Origin: an uncultured Pseudomonadales bacterium
GTDB taxonomy: Bacteria; Pseudomonadota; Gammaproteobacteria; Pseudomonadales; UBA7434
Length of the DNA stretch: 64,000 nucleotides
Reading direction: 5' to 3'
Assembly: GCA_964504585.1 (NCBI GenBank)
Contig: CAZDEW010000001.1
Coordinates: forward strand, 29,711 to 93,710
Part shown: positions 57,835 to 64,000 of the stretch, in pieces
How positions within the stretch are numbered: the stretch's first letter is position 1
Layout: the number at the start of each line of letters is the position of its first letter
The notes under the pieces: generated by a model
Database searches by the model: none
Seen by the model: the letters and a program-made list of their open reading frames with translations, nothing else
Told to the model about the DNA's origin: nothing
Translations under genes and position numbers: made by a program

Positions 57835-58548
57835 TCACGGCTCACCGCGGTGATCAATGGCTTTTTGGGTATAGTCTGCAAGGAAATTGATGAAATCCGT
57901 GCCGATACTTTGATAGTAAAAATCGATATCGTGGCTTCCCGCAGCTATTAACAGTTTCTCGCCTTCATTTCGCGCTAGTGGTCTGATCAGCGCGACACAG
58001 GAAGCAATATCTGCGCGCTCAAATATGAGCTCGCTTTCATGCTCGCGAATTGCGCCGCAAAAACATGCTTCACTGCTGCCAGATTCCACGATGAAATCTT
58101 CTACTGAAAGTTCGTCGGAATCGAGTATTTTAAAAACACTGTGCTCGACATGAAACAGGCTGCAAAAAAGCTCGCTCGCACGCGCTAGGATTGACTCAGT
58201 GTTTGCACACTCGAGCAATTCAAGGGTAAATTCGCGAGTTTTGGCGAATAGCGCCTCGTTCTCGCTTGCGATGTCCAGTAACTCTTCAAGCTTCTCGCGG
58301 CTTTGTCCTTCCCGCTTTCGCAGCACTGAAAGCTGCTTTAAATTAAGTGCACCCAGACGCTGATTGCCATGTATATCTGGCAGCTGCAAATCACCCAGCG
58401 CCTCGGGGAATTTCTCGAAGAAATCCGGGTTATTTTTCAAATACGATTTCACGCTCGCTGCCGACAGCTGCTGGTCGGGCGAGCGGACATCGTTAGAATC
58501 TATCGATTCCTGTGTGTTGCAGTCTTTTTCTGGTGTGTCTATTTGCAA
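57835..58548 (-). CDS. yigA: DUF484 family protein (YigA-like)
   Basis: VKSYLKNNPDFFEKFPEAL is the typical DUF484 N-terminus, followed by a GAF-like C-terminal region. It lies directly downstream of dapF, as in E. coli. Confidence 0.8.
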   Translation of the reverse strand: MQIDTPEKDCNTQESIDSNDVRSPDQQLSAASVKSYLKNNPDFFEKFPEALGDLQLPDIHGNQRLGALNLKQLSVLRKREGQSREKLEELLDIASENEALFAKTREFTLELLECANTESILARASELFCSLFHVEHSVFKILDSDELSVEDFIVESGSSEACFCGAIREHESELIFERADIASCVALIRPLARNEGEKLLIAAGSHDIDFYYQSIGTDFINFLADYTQKAIDHRGEP

Positions 58549-58595
58549 GGTTTGCTCGAGTCAATGATTAGAGAATTAGTATCTGGTTTGCCTGT

Positions 58596-59426
58596 CTAGA
58601 TGCGAACCTTCCCCTCGAATACAGTAGTGGCCTGGCCGCACATCAACAGGTTTGAGCCTTGCCCTTTCCAGCTGATGTCTAATGGGCCGCCAGCGAGTTG
58701 GACCTCTACGTTTTCGTCGACAAGATCAAAGCGTCTTGCAACAGCCATAGCAGCACAGGCGCCTGTTCCGCAGGCCCTTGTTTCGCCAGCACCGCGCTCG
58801 TAGACGCGCAACTGGATAGATTGCCTGTTTACGATTTGCATAAAACCGGCGTTAACGTGCTCGGGGAACCGCGGGTGGGATTCTATCAGTGGACCAATAC
58901 CGCTGACGTCAGCGTGTTCTACCGAGTCGACGGCTATGACTGCATGTGGGTTGCCCATAGAACAGATACCAACTTCAGTTGTGCCTTTGCTGTGCTCTAA
59001 AGAATAATAATCCTGAGTGCTGCTAGTTTCGAATGGTAGATCCTCCGGCGCAAATCTGGGTTCGCCCATATCGACTTCAAACCGGTCTCGGTCCACCTGC
59101 TGAATTTGCATAAGCGCATTCATGGTAGACACAGTTATTTGCATCTTCGAGGTAAGTTTTTTATCACAGACGTACTTTGCCAAACAGCGGACACCATTGC
59201 CGCACTGCTCAACCTCGCCACCGTCCGCATTGAAGATGCGGTAGTTGAAGTCAACGCCATACTCTTGCGGGGGCTCGATCATGAGTAGCTGATCAAAACC
59301 GATGCCGGTGTGGCGGTCAGCCAAGGTGCGGATTTGCTCGGAGCTCAGATTGACCTCGCGAGAAAGTCCTTCGACAACAATAAAATCGTTTCCAAGGCCA
59401 TGCATTTTTGTGAAGGGTAAAAGCAT
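58596..59426 (-). CDS. dapF: diaminopimelate epimerase
   Basis: It carries FTKMHGLGNDFIVV, the catalytic Cys motifs EQCGNGVRC and ACGTGACA, and SMGNPH. Confidence 0.95.
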   Translation of the reverse strand: MLLPFTKMHGLGNDFIVVEGLSREVNLSSEQIRTLADRHTGIGFDQLLMIEPPQEYGVDFNYRIFNADGGEVEQCGNGVRCLAKYVCDKKLTSKMQITVSTMNALMQIQQVDRDRFEVDMGEPRFAPEDLPFETSSTQDYYSLEHSKGTTEVGICSMGNPHAVIAVDSVEHADVSGIGPLIESHPRFPEHVNAGFMQIVNRQSIQLRVYERGAGETRACGTGACAAMAVARRFDLVDENVEVQLAGGPLDISWKGQGSNLLMCGQATTVFEGKVRI

Positions 59427-59465
59427 GATGCGTGCTGTTGGCTTACATCCAGTTCAGAGTCGATG

Positions 59466-60731
59466 CTATGGTAACAGTCGTTCACCCCTGATCAAGTCGG
59501 CAAAACTCTCGCGTTCCTTTACCAGGTGAAATTTGTCTTCGTCGACAACGACTTCAGCCGCTCTGCCCCGACTGTTATAGTTTGATGCCATCACAAACCC
59601 GTAGGCGCCGGCAGAGTTAAGGCACAGCAAGTCGCCCTCTTCTATGGCAAGTTTTCTTGATTTTCCAAGGAAATCACCGGTTTCACAAACCGGACCGACA
59701 ACATCGTATTCCAGAACCTCGGATTGACTCGAGGTCGATAGCGGTAGTATTTCCATCCACGCGTCGTAGAGTGCAGGTCGGAGCATATCGTTCATAGCGG
59801 CATCGACTATCGCAAAGTTTTTCAGCGGGTTGGACTTAATGGTGTCCACGCGGGTGAGCAGGTAGCCCGCGTTGGCGACAATAGAGCGACCGGGCTCGAA
59901 ATATAGGCCGAGGTTTCGTCCGCCCAGAATACTGGTCAAATGGGAAACGTATTCATCGATCGCAGGCGGCTTCTCGCTCTGGTAAGTCACGCCAAGACCG
60001 CCGCCAATATCCAGATGCTCGAGCACAATGTTTTCGCTTGCTAGTGTATCGACAAGCATAAGCACACGTTGAAGTGCATCTTCAAACGGTTGCAGGGTCG
60101 TTAGCTGCGAGCCAATATGGCAGTCAACGCCGAGTATCTTCAGGCTGCGATTGCCAGCAGCGCGGAGGTAAATATCCTGAGCTTTTTCGATTTCTATACC
60201 GAATTTGTTTTCCTGCAGTCCCGTCGCTATATAGGGGTGAGTATCTGCGTCAACATCGGGATTAACCCTTATTGAAATGGGGGCGACTACGCCGTTCGCG
60301 CTGGCTATTTTCGCGATTCGATCAAGCTCTGTTTCCGATTCGACGTTGAAGCAATGAATACCGGCTTCGAGGCCGCGCTCAATTTCGGCCACGCTTTTCG
60401 CGACGCCGCTGAAAACAACATTGGCCGGATCGCCGCCAGCTGCCAAAACTCTCTCCAATTCTCCGCCAGAGACAATGTCAAATCCGGCGCCGAGTCGAGC
60501 GAGAATGTTTAGTACTGCTATATTGGAGTTGGCTTTCACGGCAAAACAGACTTTGTGCCGGCTACTCTGCGCGCCTGCGTGATCGTCCAGCGCTTGACGG
60601 TAGGCTTTGTAGGCCGATTCGATTGCGTTGCGCGAGTAAACGTAGCAGGGCGTGCCGACCTCGTTCGCAATATTGGCAAGCGCTACACCTTCGACATACA
60701 GGCGGCTATTTCGGTACTGTTGAACAGGCAT
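59466..60731 (-). CDS. lysA: diaminopimelate decarboxylase
   Basis: It is a fold-III PLP decarboxylase: the PLP Lys in CFAVKAN, DIGGGLGV, EPGRSIV and CETGD. Confidence 0.95.
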   Translation of the reverse strand: MPVQQYRNSRLYVEGVALANIANEVGTPCYVYSRNAIESAYKAYRQALDDHAGAQSSRHKVCFAVKANSNIAVLNILARLGAGFDIVSGGELERVLAAGGDPANVVFSGVAKSVAEIERGLEAGIHCFNVESETELDRIAKIASANGVVAPISIRVNPDVDADTHPYIATGLQENKFGIEIEKAQDIYLRAAGNRSLKILGVDCHIGSQLTTLQPFEDALQRVLMLVDTLASENIVLEHLDIGGGLGVTYQSEKPPAIDEYVSHLTSILGGRNLGLYFEPGRSIVANAGYLLTRVDTIKSNPLKNFAIVDAAMNDMLRPALYDAWMEILPLSTSSQSEVLEYDVVGPVCETGDFLGKSRKLAIEEGDLLCLNSAGAYGFVMASNYNSRGRAAEVVVDEDKFHLVKERESFADLIRGERLLP

Positions 60732-60817
60732 TAGGATTTCTCACAGGTGCCCAACGAGCGGTTCGTTAGAGGCAGTTCTTTGGTCTATTGTGCTGTCCCG
60801 GTATAAACCGGTTGTGG

Positions 60818-60982
60818 CTATTGTTCGGCTTTGTTTTTGTCGGTGAGATCGCGCTCGCCTTCACCTTCAGTAGGCGCGACATCTATCGCTTGCTCGTCGG
60901 CTGGACGGCTATCGAGCGTCAGCGGTCCCATCTGGCCACAGCCGCTCAAAACGACCAGTAGGGTAGAAATCAAATATCGCAT
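60818..60982 (-). CDS. lptM: small lipoprotein, LptM (YifL/LppL)-like
   Basis: My translation (54 aa, below the track cutoff) is MRYLISTLLVVLSGCGQMGPLTLDSRPADEQAIDVAPTEGEGERDLTDKNKAEQ. The lipobox LSGC followed by G.MGPL resembles E. coli YifL (LTGCGLKGPLYFP). The position immediately upstream of lysA-dapF is conserved. Confidence 0.65.
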   Translation of the reverse strand: MRYLISTLLVVLSGCGQMGPLTLDSRPADEQAIDVAPTEGEGERDLTDKNKAEQ

Positions 60983-61251
60983 TACTTTCTCGTGTGCAAG
61001 GCGTTGTTTCGCCGAGTGATTTACAGGGACTCAGGAAAACAAGGCGCCATAAGCAGTGGTTTTTCCGGGCAGTGGATAAGAGTTATCGTTTGCAGAAAAC
61101 AGCCAAAAACCGCCCAATCGTACAAGGAGCCTGCGTTCGGGTGCATACGACAGGCGCAGCCTATTTGCCGGGCCTTTTAGCATTGGACGGCGAATTATAA
61201 AGGGCGGGCTGAACCCGCACAACAGCTGCACAGTGACCGTTACCGCTCTGG

Positions 61252-63822
61252 CTATGTCGCGATTCGCGCTTGTAGCGATCTATTTGCGGGGGGAGGAAAG
61301 GAGATAGGATCGAATTGCGCGAGCCATTGGGTGTCAATTTTCTTTAGAAGGGCGTCGTTTAGCTCGCCAATTGGCCAGAATTCATCTCGCTGCGCGTAGC
61401 TTTGGGCGTAGGGCTGGACAGCATTGAGAGCGTCGTTCTCTTCTATGAGAAATACGCCGTCTGCGGTGGAGAAGACAAAGGCTGGTTTTCTTTGATTGTC
61501 TTTGCTTGATGAGTCCTTTGCGCGTTGCATACAGGATTGTTGCCATTCGTCTGCATCCTCGAACAGCTGTTGCAAACGCTTGCTGACCGCTTGCGGGCGC
61601 TCGCCACGCACGCATTCAAATTCGCATTCGTAGTACTTGCTTTTCTGCATTCCGATATAGTGCTGCATTGCTTTGCACACCGCGAACACGCCGTCAAAGT
61701 GCTCGAAGAATATTTCTCCCCAATTGTTTGACCAGATTATCGATAGATTCGATACCGTGTTTCTCGGCATGCCCGTGTAGGATAAAGGGTCATCGCGATC
61801 AGAAAGGACGACGTTGTCTAGAAATTTTGCTTGCAGCCTCTCGGGATTTGAATTAACCAGAATGAGACAGTGATCGACTTCGGCCCGGTTTGCGAGGTTT
61901 TTTAATGCAATTTGCGCAGAGCGAGGGCGTTCGTAAAAGCGCCAGACGGCCCGCGCTATTTTCTCCAGGTTCGGCCCGTCGGTGCCGGCTTTCAGCGATG
62001 ATTCGGCGTTTCCATCGGCCCGATTCAGTTGTGTGTGGAACTGCGTTCTCTTGCCCGCTATGCCGTGCTGGAATAGCCACAGCATGAGCTCCTCCGAGGC
62101 TTTGGCGCTTTTTATCAAGGTTGATTCCCCTTCAATCGGCAGTCTCGGCATAGAGATTTTGGTATCGCCAGAGTGATCGAACAGCGCCCAGGACTGAACG
62201 CGATTCCGGCTTGTGCTGTGGTGATCTTCGTCAACCGGGGTCTCTAACAGATCAAACAGTATGTGCTCCCAGGCTTTGATCTGGCTCCTGTGATCTTTGT
62301 CGGATCCGATATAACCAACTTTGCCGCGACTGTGCCGAAATACGACCTTCAGATGCCTGTCCAGTAACTCAATCTCTTCCGAGTCCCGGTAATTTTTATA
62401 GTCCGCTTCGCCAAGAACCTCGCGAGCTCTGTGGTCTATCCTGCGATAGGTGTGCAAGAGCTCGCTATGCAGTCGATTTTGCTCCGCCAGGAGTTTCCCG
62501 ATTGAGTGGGTTTCAAAGTTGTCAGCACTGCTAATGACTGCTTTGTCCCAGCCCCAATCACGGGTTAGACCAAGCATCAGCGCGTGCCTCCAGTAAGTGG
62601 ATGAGAGTCGATCCCACTCCCTGTCATTGGAGTTTCGCTCTAACAGTGTTTCAACAGCTTGTTCCGACTCGCTCGATAATCTGGAGAGTTTGAGATCGAC
62701 CTTGCGGTAGAAGGCTTGTCTGAGCAGCTCTATGCGGTCGAATTGCCCGGCTTTCGCCAGCGATTGCTCTATGCGCGCGTAGACCTGTATGTAAGGGTCC
62801 AGATTGAAAAGCTTTTGATCTTCGTTCTGAACGTCGTGTTTAAACGCGTCGCTAAGGTTGCCCTGAGTCGCATGGGTCTCGACGTAGGACTCTATCAGCA
62901 TGAGTTTAATCAGAGCTTTGTGAGGCGACTGCAAAGCTTTATACAGCGTCCAGATACTGGCACTGAGATATTCGAAGAAGGGGATCTCGCCGGTGTCTCC
63001 AAAATCGATAAATGCCGCCCGGTCTATAAACTTCTGCAGGGTGATTTTGCGAGAGAAGTCCTCGTAGCTCAGTGTGCTTTGAGGTGCCGAATCAGATTGC
63101 TCTACCTGACTTTCAGAGCGCTGCGCGTCCGGAATGATCCACCACATTGGTGCCTGTCCACAGAGCCGGATTGCACTTCTGTAGAACTCGTCCAGCAGTA
63201 AAAAGTGCTGTGTTCGGCCACAGTTCTCACCGCCAGAGGTTTGTCGCCGCTGTTCGCGGAACGAGCTTTCGTGCATATAAAAGAAGTGGGCTTCGAGTTT
63301 GAGATTTTTCGCCCACTTGGATATGAGTGCGAACTTGTGCTCCAGCGCTTCTTCCTGGTCCGCGCTCAGCGGTTCTGAGGTGCAGACCCAGAAGTCCAGA
63401 TCGCTGTTCTGACTTTGAGCCAGAGTGCCACTACTGCCGATCAGGTAAATGCCCTGAATAGCGGCGCCGAGATTGTACTCATGCCGTAGCTTTAGCCCAT
63501 GGAAGTGGTTTTCGACGCGTTTGCGTAGACCTGCATCGGGCTCATAGCCGCTTATACCTCTTGGGGCAAGCGAGGGACCGTAGCCTGGAAGCAGCGGGTG
63601 ATTGTAGTGGAACAAGATTGGCAGGATCTCGACAAACTGCCTTTGCGCAGGCAGCAGCAGACTCTTGAGCCGTTTTAAGCGGAGCTCTGAGTAATCGAGA
63701 AACCGTCGATGAGCGAGTTTAATAAGATGGCGATCAGGCTGGGGGCGCGCAAGCTGTGGCGCGGAGTCGCCCGACGCAGCGGGCTCCTGAATTCCATCAA
63801 CTTCCTTGTTGATGCGATGCAT
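61252..63822 (-). CDS. cyaA: class I adenylate cyclase
   Basis: The 856-aa protein carries [27 protein letters not shown] and [26 protein letters not shown]. These are collinear with E. coli CyaA ([50 protein letters not shown]). Confidence 0.9.
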   Translation of the reverse strand: [856 protein letters not shown]

Positions 63823-63874
63823 AGTTCACAGTATAGGTGTGAACCGACGCGGATATATCATGAAAAAAATTCTT

Positions 63875-64000
63875 TTATTGACCAGATCGCGCAAGTATTT
63901 TCTGGCTGGCCATTTTGCAGGCGAGGCTAACCTGCTCGGGAGCGGTACCTCCTAGATGGTTGCGCGAGGCCACTGAGCCCTCTAGTGTCAGGCAATTGAA
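63875..64000 (-). CDS. argH: argininosuccinate lyase, C-terminal 41 aa (the rest lies beyond the window end)
   Basis: My translation of the minus strand is ...FNCLTLEGSVASRNHLGGTAPEQVSLACKMASQKILARSGQ*. The S.ASR...GGTAP..V segment is the characteristic ArgH C-terminus as I remember it. The fragment is short, so confidence is moderate. Confidence 0.6.
   Translation of the reverse strand, partial: FNCLTLEGSVASRNHLGGTAPEQVSLACKMASQKILARSGQ

Noticed and set aside
60992-61231. Short ORFs (62, 68 and 66 aa) between lptM and cyaA as a candidate cyaY.
   Set aside because: There is no resemblance to the CyaY/frataxin sequence. The ORFs overlap one another and look like random reading frames.

Overview
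A 64-kb stretch of a gammaproteobacterial chromosome, roughly 50% GC by eye. I call about 60 protein genes and find no rRNA, tRNA, transposase, integrase, phage gene or CRISPR array. The gene order is a mosaic of housekeeping blocks that, as I remember the E. coli K-12 and Pseudomonas maps, are each contiguous there. Block 1 is mutM-rpmG-rpmB-radC-coaBC-algC-argB ... slmA ... pyrE-crc-rph-yicC. Block 2 is yggX-mutY-asmA-(gpmA, transglutaminase-like)-hisB-hisH-hisA-(GNAT)-hisF-yibQ-ctpA-envC / yibN-grx-secB / trmL-ntrC-ntrB. Block 3 is a less conserved stretch: TPR-retropepsin protease, DUF4124, TetR plus an MFP-RND efflux pair, an orphan lipoprotein, LysR, GST and a type II glutamine synthetase. 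Block 4 is PP2C-STK-tolC / yqiB-cpdA-yqiA-parE. Block 5 holds small accessory genes: thioesterase, MFS, TPR lipoprotein, YciC-like, LEA_2, a Lys-rich HTH protein, DUF1499 and MAPEG. Block 6 is yigA(DUF484)-dapF-lysA-lptM-cyaA-argH. No canonical mobile or defence system is visible. The observations I consider most worth follow-up are these. (1) AlgC phosphomannomutase carries a roughly 360-aa, two-TM, Cache-like N-terminal module in one uninterrupted frame. (2) tolC, a stand-alone Hanks kinase and a PP2C phosphatase are tightly coupled (10-nt and 6-nt gaps). (3) A eukaryote-like GSII gene (glnII) has a hand-identified sigma54 promoter and two NtrC-like sites, while ntrBC lacks an adjacent glnA. 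(4) A CelD-like GNAT gene splits hisA from hisF on the opposite strand. (5) Two unusually long gene-free spacers (7211-7981 and 56709-57386) are dense in short tandem repeats. (6) A Lys/Ala-rich histone-like protein carries an HTH domain and two A8 tracts in its coding sequence. All family assignments come from reading the supplied translations and my own translations of short or truncated ORFs. No database search was run.
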